A DNA stretch of 63,731 nucleotides, filler included, from Stramenopiles sp. TOSAG23-2 (lineage: Eukaryota): assembly GCA_900128395.1 (NCBI GenBank). It is 34 parts of 34 records of this genome, joined end to end, with 100 filler letters (N's around TTAATTAATTAA, not from the genome) between each part and the next. Parts side by side here need not be neighbours in the genome. Positions count along the whole stretch, not along the records: positions 1 to 1,791 come from LT652346.1; positions 1,892 to 3,680 come from LT652347.1; positions 3,781 to 5,569 come from LT652348.1; positions 5,670 to 7,458 come from LT652349.1; positions 7,559 to 9,345 come from LT652350.1; positions 9,446 to 11,232 come from LT652351.1; positions 11,333 to 13,119 come from LT652352.1; 27 more parts are not named here. The stretch is one strand, 5' to 3'. Below, in pieces: positions 1-12,183 of this stretch (the stretch's first letter is position 1; every line of letters starts with the position of its first letter). The notes beneath the pieces were generated by a model. That model worked only from the letters and a program-made list of their open reading frames with translations, was not told the DNA's origin and did not search any database. A program made the position numbers and the translations under genes.

Positions 1-228
1 ATGGAGCGAGGAGCGAGTAATAATTGATTGTTTATAAAGGTTAAAATATCTCTAGTAAAAAAAATATGTAGACGCGTGTACGCGTATTTTTTAATAATTC
101 CATAATTCCAATTTTTTATCCCCTACCCATGACAATTCCTGACTCTCAAAAGAATACAGTGACTGAGCCAATATTAAAATATTTAATTATCTATCTCCAC
201 AAGTCACAAGATGTGTCGACTGTGTCGA

Positions 229-462
229 TAATTTCCGTAAACAGAAATTACCGATGAGGTAAAGAGGTAAAGAGATGTTCATCCATAGATTTCATCCATT
301 GGCGGCCATTTTTGATTTTTTTGATTAATCTAATAGTGCTCGGTGTCAATAATTTCCGTAAACAGAAATTACCGATGAGGTAAAGAGGTAAAGAGATGTT
401 CATCCATAGATTTCATCCATTGGCGGCCATTTTTGATTTTTTTGATTAATCTAATAGTGCTC
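229..462. repeat. Direct tandem duplication, period 121 bp
   Basis: ATTTCCGTAAACAGAAATTACCG...CTAATAGTGCTC starts at 231 and again at 352. Confidence 0.93.
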
Positions 463-592
463 CCCCTGTATCAAATATATATATTTTTGGTATACTAAAA
501 AGCTAAACTTGACTCTGATGCGCAATATTAACTTGTGTGTTTACAGTTTACATCAATGGTATCATCAGGATCAGGTGGCTCCATGTCAGATA

Positions 593-1761
593 TCAAACTA
601 TCGGTAGCGGGTGATTCAATGATGTCTGGTTGTCTGGTTTCGCCTTCACATTTATTTTCCGTTTATGAATTACACGTACTCCATATGAATATTTATGTGG
701 ATCCCCACCATTGATTTCCATATTCATGCATTTTTGACCATTTGTTATTAGCAGATATAAGGCAATGAATCGTATGAGCATAAGTGGCCAATATACAAAT
801 GTATACATCAATGTGCTAGCAAAAAAATCATACGCAGCTGGAGACGAAAACCCTGGTTTCATTCCAATACTACCTCCAAGAAATACAACAAGTAAGTTTA
901 AAACAGTTACAATTACCACTGTTAGTTCCCAAAAAGACGTACGTATTGCAAGTATATCTCGAATCGTTAAACGGCATACACGAAATAAAATTTGACCAGT
1001 AACTAAGAGAAGCATTGGTTCGACAGACGTATTGCAAGTATATCTCGAATCGTTAAACGGCATACACGAAATAAAATTTGACTAGTAATTAAGAGAAACA
1101 TTGGTTCCATAGCTTGAGCCCTTTGAAAAAGCATCTGGTTCCAAACCGGCACATAATCTTCAATTGCACGTTTCAATTCTATTTCATGTATCGAAGTTGG
1201 TTTTGCTGGATAATAAACGTTCATTTTATTAATATTCTCTGTACAATTGGTCCACCATGGATTCGTTGTTGAAGGTGGATTTGCACCTGGCATCAATTCA
1301 CACATACTGTCTTGTAATATTGGAAGTGCAAATCGTAGCACTTGAGCCTGCAATGCAAATAAAATGATTACAGACAATGCTGCTAAAAAACGTCCACTTA
1401 ACGTACTTGATAGTTGCTTGATATTTTCTTTGTACTCGTATTGTAATATTGTTGCAAAAATATTCAATACACGACAAAAGAAAAATATTATTATTGGAAA
1501 TCCAATAGAAGTCATTATTGTCCCAAAAAGATCAAATCCACGCATCATTTGCCAAACAATGCTATCTGCAGCAGCATAAAACACATACCATATTCCCCAG
1601 CTTACATAAGTATAATATTTCATTTGGTTACCTAAAACAAGTGTACGTGCAAAGATTAGAAAAAGAAGAAAGAAAGATAATAGTAAAACGACAGACATAA
1701 TATCATATCTACCATTGCTTCTCCACTTGACAACTTCCTTAGCAACACCTAACATAATCAT
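593..1761 (-). CDS. Multi-pass membrane protein of unknown function, split by an 86-bp duplication; probably 5'-partial
   Basis: ORFs 1003-1761 and 593-1063 both contain QILFRVCRLTIRDILAIR; many hydrophobic segments. Confidence 0.7.
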
Positions 1762-1791
1762 GATCGCCCAACCGATTCGTGCAAATCGTTT

Positions 1792-1891
1792 NNNNNNNNN
1801 NNNNNNNNNNNNNNNNNNNNNNNNNNNNNNNNNNNTTAATTAATTAANNNNNNNNNNNNNNNNNNNNNNNNNNNNNNNNNNNNNNNNNNNN
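1792..1891. other. Artificial contig spacer N44-TTAATTAATTAA-N44 (first of 33, one every ~1.87-1.89 kb; last at 61868-61967)
   Basis: Identical 100-bp block repeated; flanking contig lengths fall steadily from 1791 to 1764 bp. Confidence 0.98.
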
Positions 1892-2267
1892 TAAACCATT
1901 TTATAATGAATTTTTAAAATACCTGCTGCTTCAATGGTAGAAACACATGCACAATGTTAAGGTAAAAAAAAAAATTTGGTAGCATTAAAGTCCAACAGTG
2001 CAATAGGTGCAATAATAAACCAACATGTATATTTAAAAAAAAAAATTACACGCGAACATATAATACGAATAGTACGTATAAAAAAAAAAAATTTTAATTT
2101 GGTAAATTGTCATCATTTTATATATTATCAATACGAACTCGTCTGATATCATAAAATATACGTTCGTACTTCGTACTTTCGTACATATGATATGTTGTAG
2201 AAGAAGCGTGTAAAAATCAAGATCACACACACACTTAATATGAGAGTTCGTACTTTTTTTGTATCAT

Positions 2268-3197
2268 TTACCAACCATATTTCATTCTTGATTGTTTTAA
2301 TGATTTTCCAGGTTTCTTTTTATTCTTATCTAAACCTTGTTGTAGTACGTATGCCTGTGCTGCCAATGCTTGAATAGAATTTTTTCCTTTTCCAGATCGA
2401 GATGCACCTGATGTTGTTACAAATTGTCCAGTCTCTGCGTTCCATTTTTGAACACGAATACGAGGTACTTGAACTGTATTTAATGTTGGCATATTATCTT
2501 TATCAACTTGTACAGATGATATAACATCATTTTGCACAAGCGTTGTCATTCCATTTAAATTATCAAACTTTCCTCTATTCATATATTGTTCCATTTTTTT
2601 ATTATTTCCATCAGCTCTTGCACGTTTTCTTGGGTTATGCAAACTATCTGTATTCTTACTTGTTATCATACTATTATCTCGAGTTTTTGAATTAGTTTTT
2701 AAAGGAATATATTCACCAGGGACATTCCAAGATGTAATTCCAGATTTAATATTATAATAATAAGATTTTCCAGTTTTTGCATCAAATGCCTCTGCCCATT
2801 CTGGGCTAGTTGTTGTTTTTATATTTTTAAACGTATTATTATTATCCTTGTTCCTAGCAACATATGTGCTATTATTGTTGTTATTATTATCCGTAATAGT
2901 ACTAGTATCGTCGTTATTACTTGAAACAGATTGTTGTTCTTGTTTTACACTGGAAATATTAACGGTATTCGATGAATTTTCTATTTTACCAAAACGCTTT
3001 TCATATTGTTTTAATAATCTCAATTTCATTTTCATATTTACATCATCTTTTTTTACTTTTATGTGTGGTAGTGGTGGTTGTTTTTGTTGTTGTATTATTA
3101 TTGGCTTTGAACTTGAGGATTTTTGTGGTGGTGGCTGTTGTTGTTCCTCGCCGTTTTCCTCTTCATCACTGCTACTGTCATCTCCAATAAACTCCAT
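2268..3197 (-). CDS. PRCC-like protein with an internal WW domain
   Basis: WW motif PEWAEAFDAKTGKSYYYNIKSGITSWNVP; C-terminus KNSIQALAAQA...KQSRMKYGW resembles the PRCC end motif. Confidence 0.75.
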   Translation of the reverse strand: MEFIGDDSSSDEEENGEEQQQPPPQKSSSSKPIIIQQQKQPPLPHIKVKKDDVNMKMKLRLLKQYEKRFGKIENSSNTVNISSVKQEQQSVSSNNDDTSTITDNNNNNNSTYVARNKDNNNTFKNIKTTTSPEWAEAFDAKTGKSYYYNIKSGITSWNVPGEYIPLKTNSKTRDNSMITSKNTDSLHNPRKRARADGNNKKMEQYMNRGKFDNLNGMTTLVQNDVISSVQVDKDNMPTLNTVQVPRIRVQKWNAETGQFVTTSGASRSGKGKNSIQALAAQAYVLQQGLDKNKKKPGKSLKQSRMKYGW

Positions 3198-3877
3198 GCT
3201 TCTTATTTGTTTGTGATTCTTTCTTTCTTATCCATATATATATATATATATATATATTCTGTTATTACTTTTGTTTCAATTTCTATTGGGGGTATTTACT
3301 GTATTCTTTATTATATAATAAGGTGCATGGTGGCATTCATTTATTATTACACGAAGTTCGTACTATTTTATTAATAATACTTTTATTCTCTTCGTATATA
3401 ATTTGTAAATAATAGTCCTAAGAATATTAATATATATATATTATTATTATAGACGACTATTGCTATTAGTATTATTATGAAATTGGGATAATCTCTAAAT
3501 GGTGTAGTTATTCTTACACTTTTATTATTCTATATTTTTGTACTTTTCCCTTAAAAAAGTATCAGTAATATCAATTAATTATACATACACACAGCACTGA
3601 TGGATTGTAGTGATATGGGTTGAATGTACGGACTTTCACCCCATTGTGTCTATGCTAGGACTTTTTTTTGCGCACCTGCCNNNNNNNNNNNNNNNNNNNN
3701 NNNNNNNNNNNNNNNNNNNNNNNNTTAATTAATTAANNNNNNNNNNNNNNNNNNNNNNNNNNNNNNNNNNNNNNNNNNNNAAACGACGCTTCTTGTGGCA
3801 ATATTGGTGTCACAAACAAATCTTCTATCAACCGGGAAGAGGAAGGCGCTTGTGAAAAGGAGCGTAGGAAAGGCACA

Positions 3878-4528
3878 GTGGTCTTTCCAGCCATGGAAGT
3901 AGCGAATGAGATTGAGGATGTTGAAGATACTACCTGCATTGACACCAATCGCGATGAACTATTGAAATCCTTTTGCTCATTTAGAATGGATTTGGACAAT
4001 TTATTTCAAATACAAAGTGTAGATAAAGAGGCCAAATCATTCTGGCCAAACATATGTTGCAAGGAACGCCGAGACAAAACATTGGAAGTTTGTGAAGATA
4101 AAAACACCGATGAAAGCAAGCGAATTCCACGGGAGAACATTATCCCGTTTGCGCTGTCACAGGGTGGAGATTACAGCCGGCACAATCTGTATGTGGAAGT
4201 GACAGAAGCATTGAAAGTCAATGGGTATTTACACAAGGGTGTAATTAGCTTGATACAATCCTTATCATCGGTGCACATAAGTAAAAGAAACCATGTGAAA
4301 GGATTGGTAGATGGGTTCTTCCAGGATGTCTCCTTGTGTGGACCGCGTATTATTAAAACGCCTGGAAAAGACGAAAAGAAAATGTGCGAGCTATTCATAC
4401 CGTATCAGCACACGATGACACATTTTTACCGGTTGATAGAAGATTTGTTTGTGACACCAATATTGCCACAAGAAGCGTCGTTTTTAGAAACCATGGAAGG
4501 GGAGGTTGCTGACACGACCAGGAGGTGA
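3878..4528 (+). CDS. Hypothetical protein fragment
   Basis: 216-aa ORF, more GC-rich than flanks; begins just after an inverted-duplication junction at 3835. Confidence 0.5.
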   Translation: MVFPAMEVANEIEDVEDTTCIDTNRDELLKSFCSFRMDLDNLFQIQSVDKEAKSFWPNICCKERRDKTLEVCEDKNTDESKRIPRENIIPFALSQGGDYSRHNLYVEVTEALKVNGYLHKGVISLIQSLSSVHISKRNHVKGLVDGFFQDVSLCGPRIIKTPGKDEKKMCELFIPYQHTMTHFYRLIEDLFVTPILPQEASFLETMEGEVADTTRR

Positions 4529-4765
4529 TTGTTAAAAAAACAAAAAAAATAATTTTACAAGTCTTATGAGCTTGTTTCTTTATAATGTTTTTAACACATG
4601 TACTTTCATTCGTTTTCGACAGGTTTAAAAAATCGTTTTTGTACACATGTGCACCTGCGTGGTCTCTTTTCTAATCAATATATATATATATATTATAGGA
4701 TTATTATTTGTGAACGGATTTTCCTAAATCGTCCCTCTCGAATTTATATTATTACCAATTATTGA

Positions 4766-5303
4766 TCCTATGCCAATGCTATGTCCATCAAGAATTTATA
4801 TTATTGATGCTATGTCCATGCTATGTCCCTACTGATGCTATGTCCATGCTATGTCCCTCAAAGAATGTATTACTGATCCTATGCCCATGCTATGTCCCTT
4901 ATTGATGCTATGCCCATGCTATGTCCCTCCATTAATGCTATGTCCATCCTATGTCCCTCCATTAATGCTATGCCGATACTATGTCCCTTATTGACGCTAT
5001 GCCCATTCTATGTCCCTCCATTAATGCTATGCCCATGCTATGTCCCTCCATTAATGCTATGTCCATCCTATGTCCCCATGTATGCTATGCCCATACTATG
5101 TCCCTCCATTAATGCTATGTCGATGCTATGTCCCTTATTGATGCTATGTCCATACTATGTCCCTTATTGACGCTATGCCCATACTATGTCCCTTATTGAC
5201 GCTATGCCCATGCTATGTCCCTTATTGACGCTATGCCCATACTATGTCCCCATGTATGCTATGCCCATGCTATATCCCTCCATTAATGCTATGTCAATGC
5301 TAT
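4766..5303. repeat. Minisatellite, ~29-31-bp units built from ATGCTATGYCC subunits
   Basis: ATGCTATG(C/T)CCAT(G/A/C)CTATGTCCC(TCCATTA/TTATTG) repeated about 17 times. Confidence 0.95.
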
Positions 5304-5669
5304 ACATCTCATCATCGTATCAAAAGTCATAATTTATACTTGAAATGGTAATTAGACTATCAAAACACTCCATACTCCATATTCGAGCACGCGATCATCA
5401 TTATAGAATTCTTATATATTTACATACAATATTTACATGCAAAATGTAACAACAAGTGTAACTCGATTTCATTTAATTATTTTTCATTTTTTTTGTTTGT
5501 GTGTTTGTATTCGATATAGATATATTGTTAAGATAATTACAAGAAAAAAAAAAATATAGTATTATTGTGNNNNNNNNNNNNNNNNNNNNNNNNNNNNNNN
5601 NNNNNNNNNNNNNTTAATTAATTAANNNNNNNNNNNNNNNNNNNNNNNNNNNNNNNNNNNNNNNNNNNN

Positions 5670-6537
5670 TATCATAGGAATGTAAGTTAATTGGAGATTT
5701 GGCAACACATTTTGCAAATTATGAAGCAATACGTGATAAGTTTAAATTGAAAGATGTGACTGGTTATACAGATTCATACAGGACACAATACGACCAGATT
5801 AGTGCCGGTCACTGTAACGCTAGTACATACAAGTACATATCATATGATATTGTGCCTGACGGTACAATATCAAGCATTGATTGTCGACAGAAATGTGATA
5901 ATGATGTTAATTGCATTATTTATGCTACAAAAGAAAGTAACCCTGGTAAATTTTGCATAACATATTCAAAATGCACTATTGTCGCAGGAGAACAGTGGGG
6001 TGGTAAATTTTTTAGAAAAATAAAATTAAATCCAGGGTATTTTTACCAAACAGATCCTTTTAAGGCTGCAACAAATATCGGATCCTATAATCAAGCAAAA
6101 GAATGCATAAATCTAAATGATCCTACAGACGAGACTACAAATAAGAAACCAAACGTTGTAAGTAGAAAATAAAAATATGATATATTTTTACCAGAGTATG
6201 AAAGAAAAAAAAACGTTTATCTAACATGTTACCCTTTCATTTCTTTATTGTTTATAGGTTTTTGCTAATTTAGGACCGGATGCAGGTCGGTTGGGAGCTA
6301 GTGGTTCTGGATTATGCCCAGATGGAATTTGGCGGAAAGGATGTTGGAATGGAGAAAAAGTGGGATGTGGCACAAAAACTGTAGGATCCGCAACTTATAA
6401 CTTGTATCCATGCTTTTGTAAGACAAAAGGATATACACTACAAGAAAAAAAAGACCAAGCATACATATCAAATTTTGAACAAGCCCCGAAAGGATGTACG
6501 GCCATACATAAGTATTTATTTTACAACAACGGAAGTG
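5670..6537 (+). CDS. Cys-rich extracellular-type protein fragment (PAN/apple-like), intron 6158-6257
   Basis: CRQKCDNDVNCIIY motif; GTAAGT...CTAAC...TTATAG 100-nt phase-0 intron joins ORF 5699-6172 in frame with ORF 6291-6749; possible second donor GTAAGT near 6537. Confidence 0.7.
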
Positions 6538-6559
6538 TAAGTATCGATGATATTCTATT

Positions 6560-7458
6560 TTATATAACGATTAATCTAACACCACATTCATTGATCTTTG
6601 TGATGTTTCTTGGTTCATCCCATGTATCTATATCACAACATAAACGTTTCTTCGCCTCATGGGTCGATTTATCAGTGGAATTACTGTGGCAGAGATACAA
6701 GTCTCCGCCCGTCCAAAAATTACTGCCTGCAACAGTAAGTTGTATTTGATTGGCATTACCTTCGTCCTTCAATTGGACATTAAATATTTCTGGTGGATCG
6801 TACACAAATTTATCTGTACTAGCATTAAACCTATTCTGTACCGTATTACCTTGATGGGTTACTTGCAAATCGATATATTTTGTACCATGTCCCTCTGGCA
6901 AACCAAATGATACGCATTCCACCGTTTCAATGCATTGCAGAGGGTATTTTGCTTTAATTGTTTTCACAGCGGTAACATATCGCGGATTGTTTTGGTTGTT
7001 TTTATCATTGCCTTCTTTACTTGTTAATAAACGTACCTGAAACGATGCACCAATCAAATTTGTACCAAAATTGGTACCAATTAATACAATTATTTTATCC
7101 CCATTTGTAGGTTTCTCATTGCCAGGTGGATAAATGCTAGTAATCATAGGGCGTTTATAAGATGTACCAAACTTTTTATTAATTGCATATGGACTACTTT
7201 GCCCACGGACTTTTACAATCCATTGGTGTTCCGTTCCTATACCAGGTACAGTAGTACATTCAATGAATGAAAATGTTTGACTTGCATTCATTACGTAACA
7301 ATTTTTGGCAAAATATTCAGTACCTAAATGGCCATATGTCACAGTTTCTAAATCTACTGAATCATCATTTTCTGAATATTCGATAAACGAATTGGTAACA
7401 CGCCCAAAATTTTTACCACGGATTTGAATCGTTTCCTCTCCTTTTGTTGACATTGTCA
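6560..7458 (-). CDS. IPT/TIG repeat surface protein, partial
   Basis: TKGEETIQIRGKNFG, PMITSIYP...IVLIGTNFG, LTVAGSNF, CTTVPGIG. Confidence 0.8.
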
Positions 7459-7558
7459 NNNNNNNNNNNNNNNNNNNNNNNNNNNNNNNNNNNNNNNNNN
7501 NNTTAATTAATTAANNNNNNNNNNNNNNNNNNNNNNNNNNNNNNNNNNNNNNNNNNNN

Positions 7559-8525
7559 TAAAACTTGCATCATTCTTATTCTTTTTTCCCATTTCATTTT
7601 TTTCTATGTTGTCCAACTTGAAATCATCCATATCCCCATCAATATTATTATTCGTTTCATCTAAATCTTTTGTATTGATACTATAATCATCATCTAATGC
7701 ATCTTGTATATTTTGCAATGAAGGATGTTCATTTCGAAAGCGTGATAAATCACCAAGTATACCACTGCTAAGGCCAGAACTAGCAAATGTATTTTGATTA
7801 GTATTCTTTGCAACATCGCTTTTTTTATTTTTATCATCAACATTTTTCTTCCTTTTTCTTTCTTCTTCATCTATTTTACTCTTTCTACCGTATCTTAAGC
7901 CAACAAGAGCTGATTGGACTGGACTAAGTGTTTTCGAATTATATTTTTTATTTCCGTTATTTTGTTTTTGTGTTCTAGATCTACCATATAGTTTTCGCCT
8001 ATTATTAACACTTTTATTTATATCTTTTTCCATAGTAGTAAAGTTATCTTTATCTTCAAAATTATCCTCATTATCATCACGTTCACTTTCACTGTCATCG
8101 TCATCATCATCATCATCATCGCCCTTTCTCCCGTTCCTATAGCTTCTCCTCTTATTATTAAATCTACTTTTGTATCTTTTTGATCTAATATCAGATTTTA
8201 TATTGTTGCTACTACTATCCTCATCTTCCTCCTCGCTGTCATAATCATCTTCCTCGCTATCATCTTGTGTTATCGACTTGTTGAACTTTTTAAAATTAAA
8301 TTTAAAACTTTCTTCGTCATTTACATTTTTTGAACTCCCTTCTTTATTATTATTATTCTCTATACTTGAATTTCTTTCTTTTTTCTCCTCTTGAAAATGC
8401 GATTCTTTGTTTTCTATTATTGATCTAACTGCACCGATAATAACGAGACTTATCAAAATGATTAATATCCATTTGATGACAATAAATACAATGGAAAAGC
8501 TGGATGCTAATATCGCATCAATCAT
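7559..8525 (-). CDS. N-terminally anchored low-complexity charged protein, 3'-partial
   Basis: Hydrophobic N-terminus from ATG 8525, then D/E/K/N-rich open frame to contig end. Confidence 0.7.
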
Positions 8526-9565
8526 TATTACTTCAATAGATATATTCTTATTATTATTATAATGTAATAGAATGGAAAAAAAAAAATACAATATATATAT
8601 ATATATATATGTATGTATTATTTTTTGATACAATATTATAATATATTTATTATTTATACATATACTAATCGTATTATAATAATGACAAATGTTTACTGAT
8701 TGTTTCTTTCTAGTTGTGCATATAAAATAATATTATACAAACATGTGTGTGTGTATATCTTCTTTTGTATTTGAATTGCACTTTTTAGATTAAAGATCTA
8801 TCTTTTACTGTGCTGGTGTGCCTAGTCCCACTCCTTATTACGAAACAGATTGTTTCTATTTTATATGTATTGTTAGAGTAATTCTATGTTCCTAGTTAAC
8901 TATTATTTCTATGTATTATTATATATATTATTATGTATATTATATTTTATTTGTACCTTAATATTCATATTGTATTGTATTGTTATTATTTCTTATTGTT
9001 TTCTATTTTTAAGTTATTTGTCTGTTTTTTATTAATAACCTATTCGTAAGAATGTTTAGGGATTTACGTTCTTTCTCGCCCACACAATTAAAACACAAAG
9101 CTGTGATGTGATGCCAGGCATGCCTGGCATGACTCAAAATTAAAACAGTATACTATGGGGAAAAAAAAAGAAGGTGCAAACAAAAAAATGGGAGTTGGTA
9201 ATATATATATATAAGAAAGAAAAAGATAAAATATCAATAAGAGATGGAGGAGAGAAGTTGGATGGAAGTATAAATAAAACAAGAAAGCGGACGGACAATT
9301 TTGAACATACCATATAGTCTGTTATAAGTAGCATATATACATACANNNNNNNNNNNNNNNNNNNNNNNNNNNNNNNNNNNNNNNNNNNNTTAATTAATTA
9401 ANNNNNNNNNNNNNNNNNNNNNNNNNNNNNNNNNNNNNNNNNNNNGTGTGTGTATGTGTATTGTTTAAAAAAATAATATATATATTGGGTGCGTATGATA
9501 TATAAAATATACATTATAAAAAATTTTACATTTATATTCTCCTCTCCTCTCTATAGATCCAAAAA

Positions 9566-10203
9566 TCAATTATCACCTCTCAATCCCTGCTTCATTATTT
9601 GTGTGAATGAATTTCCATATATATCCATCCCGCCGCCACATCCTAAAGGATAACTTGGACCAGGATTATCACAATAATATGCTTTACATGAACCTTTCAC
9701 ACATCGTCGATTATGCATACCATATTGATAATAATCCTCTGGTGGAGTGGGGGTACCACTAGTAGTTTGATTAGTACATTTTGGATTTTTGCACACCATG
9801 CATCAAATCCATTTGGTCCACCGCAGCATAACGGCTGTTCACTAGCCGGCAAAGGTTTGTAATTTTTACAATTACAAGCAAAAGAACCATATATTGTATC
9901 ACCTTTTGCACAATAACAATTACACATTACATAACCAGCTGGGCATGGTGATCCTGGTGTAGGAGATGGTGATGGACCAGGGGATGGACCAGGGGATGGA
10001 CTACTGCAACCTTTACATGCACTAGTTGATGTCGGGCAATTATCGCAATTACAAGTTACATTGGGAAAGCCATGGCATACTCCAGCTCTCGGGCATGGTG
10101 AACTTGCTGAAGCATATTGACAATAGCTATTTAGCGATTCACATGGGCACGCTGCATTTACACTATGAACTAGGAATAATAGAAGAGTTATAACCTTATT
10201 CAT
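9566..10203 (-). CDS. Small secreted Cys-rich protein with SPGP linker; 1-nt frameshift near 9790
   Basis: Signal peptide MNKVITLLLFLVHSVNA; one extra A in GCAAAAATCC joins ORF 9697-10203 to the Cys-rich ORF 9566-9799. Confidence 0.75.
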
Positions 10204-10814
10204 TTTATTTCATATATTTGATAGTCTACTTATGAATGATCTTGAATGATCTTTTATTTATAATATATCTTCCATTTGAATCTATGTATTACATATTAAT
10301 ATATCTTCTATCCAATAATCAATTTTTTACACCACCTACCTTTTGTTGCCGAGATGTCTGGTGGTAGTAGTATAAAAAGTACACAGATGTAAACCAGAAA
10401 CCAGAAACCAGAAAAATTACAAAAACACTTAAGGTGCAAACCAGGCAAAGCAACATTTTAATCGGAGAACCAGGATGAGAATAAGAACCTGATAACCTGA
10501 TTTTATAATTATAGTCGTCTATATTTAACCTTAACATTAATATTCTCTCTGGTTTGTGTTGTTGGCGTTGGATTTTCAAGAAGATGATGATTCTTCCCGT
10601 GCATGCAACCCGTCCCGCGTAGCACACCGTACAGCCTTTTTTTTTTAGGTGCAACAGACATTCTTCATAAATATCTATTTAAATATTATACTGTAATGAA
10701 TCGTAGATATACACACGCAGTTGTTGTGTGTAGCTATTTGTTTAATAAAGTACCGCGCATATTATTCTATTGAAAATTTTATTTTGAAACAGCTTCTTTC
10801 TCCTTTTCACTTTT

Positions 10815-11228
10815 TTATTTTTCTGTAAGTTCCATACCATTAGTATTATTATCATTATTATGTTCATTAATTGATACTAAATATGATGAACCTGGGCTAT
10901 TTTGAGGACTATTGTTTCCAGTGCTACTGGCACGTACTAGTTTCTCCTCCATTTCTAAATTTTTCCTTGAAAGTGAGCGTGAAGCCCTTCTTTCAGTTTG
11001 TACATCGCCACTTAGACGGTCGACAGTTTTAATGACGTTATGTATAAACAATTGAGGCAATTTATGGTACGTATGTGCTTGAAGATCATGCCCATGCTTG
11101 TGGATACCTTTTCGTGTTTCATCCATTTTAAAGCGTATTGCACGTATATGATCTGAACCGACTACAACGGTACATGAAGCTATTGCTGACTTATTAAAAA
11201 CGCCAATTTCTCCTATCCATGTTGGCGC
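10815..11228 (-). CDS. Last exon of a protein with a cyclic-nucleotide-binding-like (Popeye-like) segment
   Basis: Frame extends upstream of the listed ATG as APTWIGEIGVFNKSAIASCTVVV, after a TTAG acceptor at the contig edge. Confidence 0.5.
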   Translation of the reverse strand, partial: APTWIGEIGVFNKSAIASCTVVVGSDHIRAIRFKMDETRKGIHKHGHDLQAHTYHKLPQLFIHNVIKTVDRLSGDVQTERRASRSLSRKNLEMEEKLVRASSTGNNSPQNSPGSSYLVSINEHNNDNNTNGMELTEK

Positions 11229-12183
11229 CTAANNNNNNNNNNNNNNNNNNNNNNNNNNNNNNNNNNNNNNNNNNNNTTAATTAATTAANNNNNNNNNNNN
11301 NNNNNNNNNNNNNNNNNNNNNNNNNNNNNNNNGATTTGATCAGGAAATTACTAACATTTAATAATTTTACATTAATATCTCTTTCTTCGATGGGCAATCG
11401 GATTCGATGGTTGTAATTCATTAAGGAAGAATTTAAATATGAGTCATAATTTATACTTGAAAGGGAAATTAGAATAATATCAATTTTACCTATCAAATGA
11501 CCATATGAGACGAAATCGGGAGGGAAACAAACACAATGCAATTAGTACCAGGTACTATGAAAACATTTCAGTATACAAAAATCCCTCTTGAAAATTTACA
11601 AAAAAATTATTTTATTAAAATATATATATTTTTAAATACCACACACTACTTCAGCAGCTCTAAATGTGATTTACAATATATATATATATATATATATATT
11701 ATAGAATATGTTTCTCGTTTTTATATTATCATATGCTTTTTTTTTTTCTTGAATACATTCATTTCATTTGATAAAACAAATGTTTTGTCTTTTTCTTTTT
11801 TTTGTTTATATATATCTTTCTGGCAATATTTGTTGGTTCGTCAGAAGAAAAAATATATTACATTACATATGTATACATTTTTTTCTTTCTTTCCTTTCTT
11901 CAATATATATATTAAAACTTGCACTATATATCTTTGTAAATTGCATTTTTACATATACGTGCAATGTATGATCCTTTTTTTTTTATTTTTTTGAGATCCC
12001 ATGTTGATCTTTACTTTCTTTGTTTATAATAAAATATAGTTTGAAAATGGTGGTTTGAAATGTTTTACGATTTGTTCTTTATAAACAAAGCAACATATAT
12101 ATATATATATAACATACAACCGGGATGATGCAACTCATATGTTTAACAAAAAATTTGGATCTGAATATACAACTAATGTTCTT

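Noticed and set aside
3781-4483. Perfect 55-bp inverted repeat (3781-3835 vs 4429-4483) as transposon TIRs
   Set aside because: One arm is at the contig edge and the other inside coding sequence; typical of an amplification inversion chimera
4892-5170. Repetitive 92-aa ORF
   Set aside because: Translation of the minisatellite
6537-6749. Overlapping convergent genes (also 38076-38128)
   Set aside because: Both partners look truncated at the meeting point; chimeric joins are more likely than real overlaps
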